Notes: generated from the letters alone by a model not told the origin. 64,000 bases of DNA from Sedimentisphaerales bacterium (GCA_963708075.1 OY970194.1:3008001-3072000), one strand, 5' to 3'; shown: positions 51,152 through 62,016, counted from the first letter of the stretch. Translations and numbers: made by a program.

Positions 51152-52685
51152 GTGTGCGACTACATTTCGTGGGGTCAGGCGGGTATCTTGCGTTGGATGT
51201 CCCAGTAGTTATGCCATAGATGGCTGGAACGCACTGACGCCAGGGCCATCATGGCCTCAGCATTGGGTTTGTCCCAGCGCATCCCTGGGCCTTTGAGCCG
51301 GACCGTCAACGTCTTGCAGAAGGCCTCTGTCGGGCCCGAGCCGATCTCATAGCCGGCCGCTTTGAATTGTGGATACTGCGTCATCTCCTGGCGGACATCA
51401 ATGAACTTGATCAACTGCTCCAGGGCTTTGCGTTTGTCGGCGGCTCGAAGCGTCTTACGCAGGGCTTGGATCTGCTCCAGGGCCTGCTCGGGGCCTTGCT
51501 CTAAGAAGCAGCCACAGATCTGCTCACGCCAATGCTGGCTTTGCACACTGCCTTGGCCATAGACGCTTTGACTGGCCTTGATCACGTTGTCCCGCAGGTG
51601 ATAGTAATCCAGGATGTTGGCCTTGAGCATCGGCAATTGGAGGTGGTATTGCTTGCGAATCCACTCGGCCCCGTCGCTCACCGAGTAGGCCAGAGCGGCT
51701 TGATCCAGCTTGAGTTGGCCGGCGTGCTGACGCATCAACTGGCCCAGCGTCTGGGCATTGCCGCTGGTGCCGATGGCATATTGGTGCTGTTTCGAGGGAT
51801 CGTAGAACGCCACGATCTTGAACTCCTTGTACGGCAGATCACTGCCGGGATGCATCGGCCGACGCTTGGGCTGGCCCTTACGGCGACGGGCCCGTCGCTT
51901 GCGGCGTTTCTCTTTCTCCACCTGGGTGACCAAGGGCACCTTAACCCCATCGGCTCCGGTGATGATGCAGGTGGATTTGTTCGGTCCGGACCGGCAGTCC
52001 TCGGCCGCCCAGTCGGGGCCCAGAGCCCCCGAACGCTGCTGCGTCAGGACTTGCCGGCCCTCACCCTCGACAAGGCCGCGGACCGTCTCATGGCTGATGT
52101 GCAATTGACCGACGTAGGCCAGATTCTCGGCGGCGGTGCGAAAGTCACTGCCGACCGCCGCCCGGCAGCATAACTGGCGAACCCCCACGCTGTAGCGACT
52201 GTGGCTCATGCCCAGCCATTGATCCACCGGGGTGATGGAGCCCTTGCCGCGATTCCAATAGACCCGGCGGCGGATCTGAACAGGACCATTGACCGTCAGA
52301 TACTCAATCGAACGGCAGCCTTTACTCTCATACCTGGGGCCGTCGTCGCTGGGCACCGGGGGAAAAAGCCGCCTCACTGTGCTGCTGGCGTAATTGAAGG
52401 GCTCTCTCATAGAGACGCTGGCGAAACAACGCACTGGCCTGGCGAACGAGTTCTTCGCTATCGGCAATGATGCGTCCGGCCTGGGCCTGATTGACGGCCT
52501 TGACCACGTCCTCGATCAAGGTATCGACCTCTCCCCTCATCGCCTTTTTCAACTGTGAGGCAGTGAGCTTCTCGTGCATGAGTACTTCCTTGCTGTATGA
52601 CTGAATGACTGAATAATTCCATTCTCATCATACGCTGTCCAACTGCCCACAGGCCATACGATCCCCACGAAAATTAGTCGCACAC
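51152..52685 (-). mobile_element. Insertion sequence, ISKra4/ISLre2-like (Mutator-related DDE), 1534 bp
   Basis: 23-bp TIRs GTGTGCGACTA(CA/AT)TTTCGTGGGG at 51152-51174 and 52663-52685; 8-bp direct repeat GCACGGTG at 51144-51151 and 52686-52693. Confidence 0.93.
51175..52579 (-). CDS. ISKra4-like transposase in two frames (orfA 52328-52579 + orfB)
   Basis: GADG; SDGAEWI; LDYYH; IGSGPTEAFCK...RLKGPGMRW. Frames overlap at TTTTTCCCCC (52358-52367). Confidence 0.9.
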
Positions 52686-52715
52686 GCACGGTGCGTCTTG
52701 GGCCTTAGCAGGCCA

Positions 52716-54465
52716 TCAGCGCACGCGTGAGACGATCTTTGTGACACGGACGTCCTTGATCCAGAAGTCGCCGGAGGTTTCGTTCTGGCAGGCGAAATTC
52801 CAGCCCCATTTATTGACGAAATGGGCGTTGTCAAGGGTGTAGGTTTTCTGATGCCACCCCGGACCCGCCGGAATGGTCCACCACTGCCCGAAATTGACGT
52901 AACCGGCGGTGGATTCATAGGTGAGGTTCATGCCGGTGTTCACCGCGGGATCGACCCGGCGGGCCGTGATCGTGATTTGCAGCTTGTGGTCACCATAGCC
53001 GACATAGGCATCATCCACATCGAAGACCACGCTGCGAAATTCCGACTTTGTTCGCGCAGGCGTCCGGATCGCCCATTCTCCGTCAACTTGTCCGGGTATG
53101 ACCCGGCCAAAGGCATTGAGTTGACACAAACCCTTTTCAACAGGCGTGACGTCGAAAACCACAGTGGCGGCGCCCGAGCCGCTGTAGGTCGACCAGGGAA
53201 ATTCCTGGGAAAGGTGATCGGCGGCATCTGCCGGCAGGGCCGGAGATAGTCCGGTGATGAATTGGGGCGTCCCGGTGAGTGTGACCTCCTGGCCGGCAGG
53301 GATAGACCGACTGGATCCATTCAACTCCGTAAGGGTGACGTCAAAGGGAAGGCTCAGCCGATCGCTGCTCCTGGCCCAGATGACCAGCACCGGCTGCGCC
53401 GGGCCATTGAAGATGAAACCGTAGCTTTGGTCTGTCAGACTCAACCATCCCCCATATACAGGATGGCCTCCCAGCAAGCTAGTCATTGTATCCAGGGCAT
53501 GGTACGACGGCCGCTTGCTCCAATCGCGGCGAAAGAGAACCAAAATTGCCGTCCGGGTAGTCAGGACCTTTCCCCTCGAACCAGAAAACCTTGTCGATCC
53601 CCTGGGCAAAACCCAAGGTATAGAGCTTCACCAGGGACTCTGCCTGCAATTGCTCGTCCGAGGCATCGCCCGGTCTCGCCGGATCGCCGCATTCCGTGAT
53701 CCAGATTTCCTTGTCCATCGGCAGATGATGAGCCCTGAGCATCTCCAACACCATCTTGCGGATATTGAGGAACGCCATCACACGTCCGTCCTGCACCAGC
53801 GTGCTGAAGGACTCGTAAGGATGAATGCAGATAAAATCAAAACAGTCGCCCGCCCCGCCGGCAATTACCTCCTCAAAGAAGGCGATATCCACGCTGGCGC
53901 AACTGATCCCCACCCGGCAGTTCGGATCGGCCTGCTTGGCCGCATGATAGGCATGCTGCAGGAGCTGAACGTAATCGGCGGCTTTCCCGCCCTTGCCGAA
54001 TGCACCGTTGAATTCGTTCCAGCATTCCCAATACTTCACTACCCCACGGTAACGTGACACCATGGTACGGACGTAGTCGGACCAGTCATTCATGTCCGTT
54101 ATAGGAAACCGTCCATTGGTGGAGGCCCAGTTTGTCAGATACCACAGACCTCCGACCAACTCAATCTGGTTGTCCGTGGCGCTTTGCAGCAAGGCATCAC
54201 ACTCACGCCAATTCCATTGGGCTCGCCCCGGTTGGATTCGCCCCCATTCAGGCCAGGCCCGCATGAGGGTGACCCCGGCCTGTTTCAGCTCCGGATACAG
54301 GGCCGCATGCTCGCCCCGCGATTCCGCACTGGTGGCCATGCCGAAGGCCGTCCCCCCTCTACTCTCTTCGGCCGACACGCCCTGAGGCAGCGCAAGGAGA
54401 GACACGAGCAACCAACAGGTCATAGCGAGCACCTGGCGAATGAATGGTGGATCTGGCAGCATCAT
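52716..54465 (-). CDS. Secreted clan GH-A glycoside hydrolase (GH39/GH5-like) with C-terminal beta domains; one frameshift
   Basis: WECWNEFN acid/base; CIHPY; IWITECG nucleophile; NFG(L)FRRDWSKRPSY across the break at about 53538. Confidence 0.85.
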
Positions 54466-54612
54466 ATATAGATATGGTACCAGCGAGAGCGTAAGGGTTC
54501 AAGAATCCAGCTCGGAGGCAGAAAATGCCGGTTGGGCGGGCCGAGATCGCGACGGGCGGGAAAGACCGGTAAGATGCTGTGAGGATAGTCTGTGAGTGAG
54601 CGGGGTTTTCTC

Positions 54613-54641
54613 TTGACTCCCGCAATGGCATAGGCGATAAT
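54613..54641 (+). promoter_or_regulatory. sigma70-type promoter
   Basis: TTGACT-N17-GATAAT, upstream of 54695. Confidence 0.55.
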
Positions 54642-54694
54642 ATGGCTAAATTGGCTGTTTTGGGAGATGCCCTTATTATCCGAGGAGTTTGCTG

Positions 54695-56296
54695 ATGCCG
54701 CCGACCAAAAGACGTCAAAGCAATGACATGCTTTACACCTTGATCGTTCTTATCGGTCTTTGCATTGTCGCGACGACCGTTGCGGTCATTTTCTACATCC
54801 GGGCGGAGGACGCCCGAACGACGGGCCTGGCGCTCCAGGATAAGATCAAGAACCTGGCCAGTGACGAGGAGATCCGCACGCTCGGGACCATCGTCGGGAC
54901 GAAATTGCCCCGCGAGAGCCAGATCGGGACCATGGCCACGCACCTGGAACGAATGGTCCGGCTTGTCAAAGGCCCGGCCCAGCCCACCAGTGCGGAAGTC
55001 AAGGTTGCCGAGACGATCAGGACGATTCAGCCGCTGCTGGCCAAGGCCCAGGACTACATCAGGCTGCCTGTGACCGAGCCTAATACGGCGGATGCAAATG
55101 CTGTCGCGACTGCCGCCGATCCGAATGCGCCCAAGCCCCCTGCCCCCGATCCGAATGCTCCTGCGACCGCCGCAGCGGACCCCAACGCTCCGGCAGCCGT
55201 AGCGGCAGGTGCTGACGCCTCCACGGGCGCGGTCATCGATCCGAACCGAATCGCCCTCGCAGCGGTCATCAACGAGCTGCTCGTGGAATTGCAGCATACC
55301 CTCGATCAGAAGAAGGCCGTCGAACAGGTGTTGGCGGATACACAGAATCGATTCGACATGGCCGTGGCGGACATGCAGAAGACAAAGGAGGATCTCAACG
55401 CCAAGGTGGGCGAGTATCGCCAGCAGGTCGATCAGATCAATGCCGATTACAACGACTTGAAGCTGCTCGTGCAGCGGAACTCGGATGAGCAGATCAAGAT
55501 CCTGCTGGACCGGGTGGAGAAGTCAGAAACCAGTGCCAAGCAACTCCAGGCGGACCTGCTCAAGAACCAGGCCGAGCTGAACGTAGCCCAGAACCGGCTG
55601 CAGGAAGCTCTGACCGCGGTCGGCAAGATCAAGCCGGTACCGGACCAGGAGGCGGCCGCCTTCAGACCCGATGGCAAGGTCATTCTGGTGGACGACTCCG
55701 CCGGCGTGATTCGCATCAATCTGGGGGCTGACGACCGGGTGTACCGCGGCCTGACGTTCTCCGTGTACGACAAAGCCGCCGGTATCCCGCGGGACGGCAA
55801 GCCCAAGGCGGAAGTGGAAGTCTTCGCCGTCGATCAGAAAGTTTGTGCCGCCAGGATCCTTTCGGGACAGGCGAAGAACCCGGTGAGCACCGGCGATCTC
55901 ATCGCCAATTTGATCTGGGACAGCGACAGGGAAAACAGCTTCGTGATCGCCGGCGAATTTGACCTGGATAACGACGGCAAGCAGGACTATGACGCGCCCG
56001 GCAAGATCGAGGCCCTCATCCGCAAATGGGGCGGCAACGTCACCCAGGACGTGTCGGCCAGAACCGACTACATCATTCTCGGCACCGAGCCCCGAGTCCC
56101 GCCGGAGCCGACCCTCGAAACCCAGACAGCCGATCCGACGCTCGTGGATAAGTACAACGCCGCCCGCCAGAGACTCGAACGCTATGATCAGATTCGTCAG
56201 CAGGCACAGACACTCTGGGTTCCCATTTTCACCTACGAGAGGTTCCTCCACTTCACCGGCTACGCCAGCCAGGCCGGCAAACCGGGGGCCTTTTGA
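54695..56296 (+). CDS. Membrane-anchored coiled-coil protein with beta domain and C-terminal BRCT-like domain
   Basis: N-terminal TM; ADPNA linker; long heptad region; INLG..D.V..GLTFSVYD; IRKWGGNV...VSARTDYIILG...F..F.GY. Confidence 0.85.
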   Translation: MPPTKRRQSNDMLYTLIVLIGLCIVATTVAVIFYIRAEDARTTGLALQDKIKNLASDEEIRTLGTIVGTKLPRESQIGTMATHLERMVRLVKGPAQPTSAEVKVAETIRTIQPLLAKAQDYIRLPVTEPNTADANAVATAADPNAPKPPAPDPNAPATAAADPNAPAAVAAGADASTGAVIDPNRIALAAVINELLVELQHTLDQKKAVEQVLADTQNRFDMAVADMQKTKEDLNAKVGEYRQQVDQINADYNDLKLLVQRNSDEQIKILLDRVEKSETSAKQLQADLLKNQAELNVAQNRLQEALTAVGKIKPVPDQEAAAFRPDGKVILVDDSAGVIRINLGADDRVYRGLTFSVYDKAAGIPRDGKPKAEVEVFAVDQKVCAARILSGQAKNPVSTGDLIANLIWDSDRENSFVIAGEFDLDNDGKQDYDAPGKIEALIRKWGGNVTQDVSARTDYIILGTEPRVPPEPTLETQTADPTLVDKYNAARQRLERYDQIRQQAQTLWVPIFTYERFLHFTGYASQAGKPGAF

Positions 56297-56303
56297 GAGC
56301 CTC

Positions 56304-56472
56304 TAAGAGCTCCGAATAGGATGAGTTTCCCTATGTCACCCCCGCGCAGGCGGGGGTCCATGAACGCGCGATGACCCTCTGGATTCCCGCCTGCGCGGGA
56401 ATGACATGCGGGTGATAGGCACCTATGCTCTCGTTATGAAGGCTCAACGGAGACGGCGGATCAGAGCTCTTA
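56304..56472. repeat. REP-like palindrome doublet inside short terminal inverted repeats
   Basis: TAAGAGCTC (56304-56312) / GAGCTCTTA (56464-56472); core ATGTCACCCCCGCGCAGGCGGGGGTCCA...CTGGATTCCCGCCTGCGCGGGAATGACAT at 56333-56407. Confidence 0.8.
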
Positions 56473-56485
56473 AGCCTCCAAGTGC

Positions 56486-57187
56486 TCAGACCATTCCCGG
56501 AGGTTCGACACCAATGGAGGCGATGTACAGCTCGCCGATATAGTTGGCCGCGTTGGGGGAGGCAGTGAAACCCTTCTTGACGGCGACAAAGGTCACCGTA
56601 TAAGCCGCTTTGATCGCGGTTCCGAGCACCTGGCCGGTATCGCAATCGAGGCCGGAGGGAATGTCCACAGCCAGCACGGGCCGGCCCAAAGCATTGATGG
56701 AATCGATGAGCGAGCGATAGGGCTCGCGTAACTCGCCCTGCAGGCCCGTGCCAAACAGGGCGTCCACAATCATGTCCGCATCGCCGGCCAGAAGACGAAT
56801 CCGTGAGGCGAGGCCGCCGGCTGTCATGTCCAGTTGCTCGACGGGTTGGCCCAGTCGCTCCAGGATGTCGAGGTTGACTTCCGCATCGCCACGGATTTTC
56901 GTTCGCTCGCTGCAGAGGATGACCTTCACGTGGAAGCCCGCGTTGAGCAGGTGCCGGGCGATCACGTACCCATCGCCGCCGTTGTTGCCCGCGCCGCAGA
57001 AGAGGCAGATCCTGGGATGGTCCAGCCCGGCGAGCTTATCCTTGATAAGCTCCGCACAGCTTCGACCGGCGTTCTCCATAAGCACGACGCCGGGCACGCC
57101 GATCTGGCTGATTGCCCAGGCATCGACCGCGCGGACCTCGTCGCGGCTCATGACCCGATACTTCTTGTCCGGCGTGTATCTCTCCAT
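56486..57187 (-). CDS. nnrE: NAD(P)H-hydrate epimerase (stand-alone YjeF N domain)
   Basis: LMENAG; CGAGNNGGDG; VDALFGTG; AVDIPSG. Confidence 0.93.
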   Translation of the reverse strand: MERYTPDKKYRVMSRDEVRAVDAWAISQIGVPGVVLMENAGRSCAELIKDKLAGLDHPRICLFCGAGNNGGDGYVIARHLLNAGFHVKVILCSERTKIRGDAEVNLDILERLGQPVEQLDMTAGGLASRIRLLAGDADMIVDALFGTGLQGELREPYRSLIDSINALGRPVLAVDIPSGLDCDTGQVLGTAIKAAYTVTFVAVKKGFTASPNAANYIGELYIASIGVEPPGMV

Positions 57188-57476
57188 GGAATTCTTATAC
57201 AGGCTCGGCGGTCCGCCCGTCAAGGTCGCGTAATCTTCATACCAGGGCAAACACAAAATCGCGCAAGAGATGGGTGGCAGCGGCAAGCGGAGCCCGCGGA
57301 GCTTGCCGATGGTGTTTCCCAGTACTTGGCAGCCATCGGCGAGCGTGCACTTGCCGCTGCCACCCGGGCTTGCTACAATACCCGGCATGCGTGGCGCCGA
57401 ATGCTATCGTGGGCGGCACTGTGAACGATGCGGGACTCCATGCCCGGCAACACTGATGGGATGATACTTCAGTCTT

Positions 57477-58232
57477 ATGCGAATACTTCTGACGAACGAT
57501 GATGGGATTTTTGCGCCGGGCCTTGCCGCCATCTACCGACGGCTGGTCGCGATCGGCGAGGTGATGGTGGTGGCGCCCGTGGACAGTTGGTCCGGGGCCA
57601 GCCACTGTATCACGTTTTTTGAGCCGCTGGCCTGCAACAAAGTGGATATCGAGGGCCTCTTTAGCGGCGGCTTCGGCGTCAAGGGCTCGCCGGCGGATTG
57701 CGTAAAACTCGCCTGCATGCAACTCCACGAGGGCCCGATCGACCTGGTCGTGGCAGGCGTCAACCACGGCGCCAACGTGGGCATCAACGTGTACTATTCC
57801 GGGACTGTGGCGGCGGCGATGGAGGCGGCGTTCCTGCGCATTCCCTCCGTGGCCATCAGCGTCGCCTCGGAGTCGCACATGGACTTCGACAAGGCCGCGG
57901 AATACGGATTTGAAGTACTCAAGAGGCTGCTTCCCCTGCACAGCGGCGATGTGATCAACATCAACATCCCCATGCTGTCACGAGGCGAGCCCCGGGGCAT
58001 CCGCGTCGTGCCACAGGCGACCTCCGGATTCCACGAGTACTACATCCCTCAGGGCAACGGCGGGAGCGAAACGGTCTTTCAGCTCGCCGGCGGCGACCAT
58101 CGCGATGAGAAGGCCCCCGCCGACACGACGGCCCTGGCGGAAGGGTACATCACCGTGACCCCCCTGCTGCCCGACATGACCGACCACCAGAAGACGGACG
58201 CCCTGCGGGCCCGACTCAACGAACAATTGTGA
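57477..58232 (+). CDS. surE: 5'/3'-nucleotidase SurE
   Basis: ILLTNDDG; GSPADCV; GVNHGAN; YSGTVAAA; ITVTPL. Confidence 0.97.
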   Translation: MRILLTNDDGIFAPGLAAIYRRLVAIGEVMVVAPVDSWSGASHCITFFEPLACNKVDIEGLFSGGFGVKGSPADCVKLACMQLHEGPIDLVVAGVNHGANVGINVYYSGTVAAAMEAAFLRIPSVAISVASESHMDFDKAAEYGFEVLKRLLPLHSGDVININIPMLSRGEPRGIRVVPQATSGFHEYYIPQGNGGSETVFQLAGGDHRDEKAPADTTALAEGYITVTPLLPDMTDHQKTDALRARLNEQL

Positions 58233-58320
58233 AAAGAAATGGAGCTCTGTAAGATGGATGTCGGGTTGTCGGTGTGCGATGCACACCTTCCCTTGCTCCA
58301 AGAAAAACTTTGAGGAACCC

Positions 58321-58611
58321 ATGGCGGAACCAAGAGCAAGCCAGATTTGTATTGTCACCGTCACCGGCGCGGACCGGGTGGGTATCATCGCGCGGCTGTC
58401 CACCGCGATGGCCAAAGCCAACATCAACATCGTGGACGTGAACCAGAAAATCCTGGAGGATTGTTTCGTGATGACGATGGCGGTCGATATCGCCCAAGCG
58501 ACTCTGGACATCGGCCAGATCAAAAAACAGTTTGATCGCATCGGAAAGGAGATGGCCCTCAAGATCACCATCCAGGACGAGAACATTTTCAAGGCTATGC
58601 ACAGGGTCTGA
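58321..58611 (+). CDS. ACT domain protein (UPF0237)
   Basis: IVTVTGADRVGIIA...NIVDVNQ...IFKAMHRV; GAGG RBS. Confidence 0.9.
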   Translation: MAEPRASQICIVTVTGADRVGIIARLSTAMAKANINIVDVNQKILEDCFVMTMAVDIAQATLDIGQIKKQFDRIGKEMALKITIQDENIFKAMHRV

Positions 58612-58614
58612 TTC

Positions 58615-59976
58615 ATGCGGATTTCCGTGGAAGAAGTCTTCGAAACCGTCGGGATGACGCTGGATCATCACTTCGATATCCGCACCGTCACCCTGGGCAT
58701 CAATCTGAAGGACTGCATCGACCGGGACCTGGAGTGGTTCACCAAGCAGGTCCAGGCCCGGATCGTCGAGAAGGGCCAGTTGCTCAATCACTGTGCCGAC
58801 GCGCTCGAGCAGAAGTACGGCATTCCCATCACAAACCGTCGGATCGCCGTCACGCCGGTGTCACTGCTTCTGGAGCCGCTGCCCCACAAGACGATCACGG
58901 CCGTCAAGTTCGCCAAGGCACTCGACTGCGCCGCGAAAAAGGCGAGCATCGATTTCCTCGGCGGCTTCGGCGCCATGGTCCAGAAAGGCATGACGGCGGC
59001 CGAGGAGAACCTCATCGACGCGATTCCCGAGGCCCTCTCTGAGACGGAGCGAGTGTGCGGCTTCCTGAACCTCGCCTCCACGGCCGCGGGGATCAACATG
59101 AACGCCGTGGTCAAGATCGGCCACATCATCCAGGATCTCGCCCATCGGTCGCCCAACGGGATCGGCTGCGCCAAGCTGGCCGTCTTCGCCAATGTCCCCG
59201 AGGACAGTCCATTCATGGCCGGCGCTCACCACGGTATCGGCGAGCCTGACTTCTCCCTGAATATCGGCATCTCCGGCCCAGGCGTCGTTCGCAGCGTCGT
59301 GGCCCAGAACCCCGACTGCGACCTGACGCAGCTCTCCGAGGTCATCAAGCGGACCGTGTTCAAGATCACCCGGGCGGGCGAGCTGATCGGCCGGGAGCTG
59401 GCGGCGACCATGAAGGTCGACTTCGGCATCGTCGACATCTCCCTGGCCCCGACGACTTCCACCGGCGACTCCGTAGCCGAGATCATCGAGGCGATGGGCG
59501 TCGGCCGGATGGGAGCGCCGGGCACGACCGCCGCACTGGCCCTGCTGATTGATGCAGTCAAAAAGGGCGGCGCCATGGCCTCCGGAAACGTCGGCGGCCT
59601 GTCAGGCACCTTTATCCCCGTCAGCGAGGACGCAGGCATGATCCGGGCCGTCAGGTCCGGGGCCCTGAGCCTGGACAAGCTCGAAGCCCTTACCAGCGTC
59701 TGCTCGGTAGGGCTGGACATGTTCGCCGTGCCGGGCGATACCCCGCCCGAAACCATCTCCTCCATCATCGCCGACGAATTGTCCATCGGGGTGGTGAACA
59801 ATAAGACCACGAGCGTCCGCATCGTCCCTGTCCCGGGGGCCAAACCCGGCAATATCGTGCATTTTGGCGGCCTTCTGGGCTCAGCCCCGGTGATGAAAGT
59901 GGCCAAGTTCTCCTCCGCCAGGTTCATCGAGCGGCGGGGCCGCGTGCCCAGTCCAATCCTCGCCCTGCGAAATTAG
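58615..59976 (+). CDS. PFL-like DUF711 / UPF0210 protein
   Basis: DIRTVTLGINL; PFMAGAHHG; GGLSGTFIPVSED; KLEALTSVCSVGLDM. Confidence 0.93.
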   Translation: MRISVEEVFETVGMTLDHHFDIRTVTLGINLKDCIDRDLEWFTKQVQARIVEKGQLLNHCADALEQKYGIPITNRRIAVTPVSLLLEPLPHKTITAVKFAKALDCAAKKASIDFLGGFGAMVQKGMTAAEENLIDAIPEALSETERVCGFLNLASTAAGINMNAVVKIGHIIQDLAHRSPNGIGCAKLAVFANVPEDSPFMAGAHHGIGEPDFSLNIGISGPGVVRSVVAQNPDCDLTQLSEVIKRTVFKITRAGELIGRELAATMKVDFGIVDISLAPTTSTGDSVAEIIEAMGVGRMGAPGTTAALALLIDAVKKGGAMASGNVGGLSGTFIPVSEDAGMIRAVRSGALSLDKLEALTSVCSVGLDMFAVPGDTPPETISSIIADELSIGVVNNKTTSVRIVPVPGAKPGNIVHFGGLLGSAPVMKVAKFSSARFIERRGRVPSPILALRN

Positions 59977-60147
59977 CAGGCGCCATGCTTACGCAAGCAT
60001 ATTCGGCACCGGATCAGGCATGTCTCCGCAAGTGCAGATATGGCGCCTGGCAAGGCAGCCACCCGGAAACACATCGGTGGAACCCCCGCCGGAATCGGCA
60101 TTGCCCGCAATTGTCCCCCGCCAATTACTTAGTTTCACAAATTTCTT

Positions 60148-60177
60148 TTGACAGATTCTTATCGGATGATGTATATT
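60148..60177 (+). promoter_or_regulatory. sigma70-type promoter
   Basis: TTGACA-N18-TATATT with an AT-rich upstream tract. Confidence 0.55.
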
Positions 60178-60249
60178 CGTGGTGTGAGGTAAGGTGTCTC
60201 CTCCGGAACAACCTTCTCCAGCCTGAACGACCGGAAAGGGAGAATAGAG

Positions 60250-61027
60250 ATGGCAAGGAGAGGACTGACGCTCATTGAGCTGCTGGTGGTGGTGGGTGCA
60301 ATCTCCCTGCTGCTGGCATTGTCACTTCCCGCCCTGATGCGAGCTCGCAATCAGGCCCAGACGGCGGTCTGCGCAAAATCAGAAGACCCTTTCGCTGGCT
60401 TGGCTGCTCTACAAAGATGACAACGACGACCGCGTGGTTGGCGGCTATGTGGACACCGCAGGCAAGCGCCTTCACGCCTGGGTCCAGGGGCGCACAGGGG
60501 TCGGCACGGCCATCGACCGCCAGAAGGAAGGCATTCGCCAGGGGACTCTGTTCCGCTATGTCGGCAGCAAAGTTGAAGTCTTCCGCTGCCCGGCCGACCA
60601 GAAGAAAGCTGATCCCGGCCAGGTCGTCTATCGAAGCTATTCCATTGCCGACGGCGCCAACGGCGAGGGCCGGCAGGCCACCTATACGCCCGCTCAGAAA
60701 TATTCTGAAATCTCCCAGCCCGCCATGAAATATGTATTCGTGGAGGAGGCCGATCCGAGAGGCAAGGGCTCATGGGTAATCAATCCCCTGGGTGAATCGT
60801 GGGTGGACCCTCTGGCAGTCTGGCACAGCGGAGATAGAAGCACGCTCGGCTTTGCCGACGGGCACGTGGATATCCACCACTGGGTGGACCCAAGCACGGT
60901 GGAGATGTCCGAGAACCAGGTGTTCTTCTGCCCCGTACCGCCGGACGAGGGCTCGGACCTGCGATTCATGATCGGCGGCTTTCCCCAGAAAGCCAAGGAT
61001 GCGCAGAAGAACGGCCAGGTCGGTTGA
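60250..61027 (+). CDS. Prepilin-type N-terminal methylation protein, H-X10-DG; one frameshift
   Basis: [11 protein letters not shown]; break at about 60372; FRCPAD; WHSGDRSTLGFADGH. Confidence 0.85.
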
Positions 61028-61218
61028 GTTGACGCCTGAAGCATTTTTCGACATCCCATCATCTCGCAGGAGATCCGCGGCGACGATTGTTGGGGAACAC
61101 TTATCATTATCCAGGCATCTTATCCATAATTCAGGCTGGATCCCACCCGGTGGATCGAGGCATGGGAAATAGCAGCCAATGCCAGTGTACGAATAGGGAA
61201 GGTGAAAGGACCGGAAAT

Positions 61219-62016
61219 ATGAAGTCCAGAGCTTTTACTCTGATCGAGTTGCTTGTCGTTATCGCGATCATCGCCCTGCTGATGGCCATCCTGATGCCGT
61301 CACTGCGCCTGGCGAAAGACCAGGCCCAGCGAGTCCACTGTATCAGCAATACGAAGACGCTGGCCCTCGCGTGGTTCATGTACAAGGACGAGAACGACGG
61401 CAAAATTGTAGGTGGCAGTTCGTTTCAGATTGATGACGAGGTGACCCGCAAGCCAATCCCCCCGTGGGTCCGTGGCGAGACGACAGGCACCTGGGAGCAG
61501 CAGAAAAAGGAGATCAGGGACGGCGCACTATTCACGTACACCGGCAAGTCTGAAGACATCTACCGATGCCCGGGCGACCGACGAAAGGAGAGTTCCTCAG
61601 GCACCCAGACTGCTTTCAGGACCTTTTCCATTGCCGGCGGGGCCAACGGCGAGAGATGGGGATCGTACGACCCGGTCAAGTTATATACGGATTTGAAGAA
61701 TCCTGCGATCCGATACATCTTCGTGGAGGAGATGGATACCCGCGGCGCCAACCTCGGCTCATGGCAGATGCACCCGAGGAAAAACGGCCCGACGTGGGTA
61801 GATCCGGTCGCCATGTGGCACAACAAGAAGAGCACCCTGGGCTTTGCCGATGGCCACGCTGAAATGCGTGAATGGCGAGACCAGAGCTTCATCGATTGGA
61901 ACCTCAGAGCCATGAATAGCCCGGCGTCATTCCAGTTCAGTATGACCCCTCCAAGCGATGAACGCGAGGACATTACGTACATGGCGAAAGGCTTCCCGTA
62001 CCTGCGGCTCAAGTAG
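61219..62016 (+). CDS. Prepilin-type N-terminal methylation protein, H-X9-DG
   Basis: [34 protein letters not shown]. Confidence 0.93.
   Translation: MKSRAFTLIELLVVIAIIALLMAILMPSLRLAKDQAQRVHCISNTKTLALAWFMYKDENDGKIVGGSSFQIDDEVTRKPIPPWVRGETTGTWEQQKKEIRDGALFTYTGKSEDIYRCPGDRRKESSSGTQTAFRTFSIAGGANGERWGSYDPVKLYTDLKNPAIRYIFVEEMDTRGANLGSWQMHPRKNGPTWVDPVAMWHNKKSTLGFADGHAEMREWRDQSFIDWNLRAMNSPASFQFSMTPPSDEREDITYMAKGFPYLRLK

Noticed and set aside
57477..59976. surE-ACT-DUF711 cluster as a novel system
   Set aside because: The ACT + DUF711 pair is a widespread known arrangement and nothing unusual was seen.
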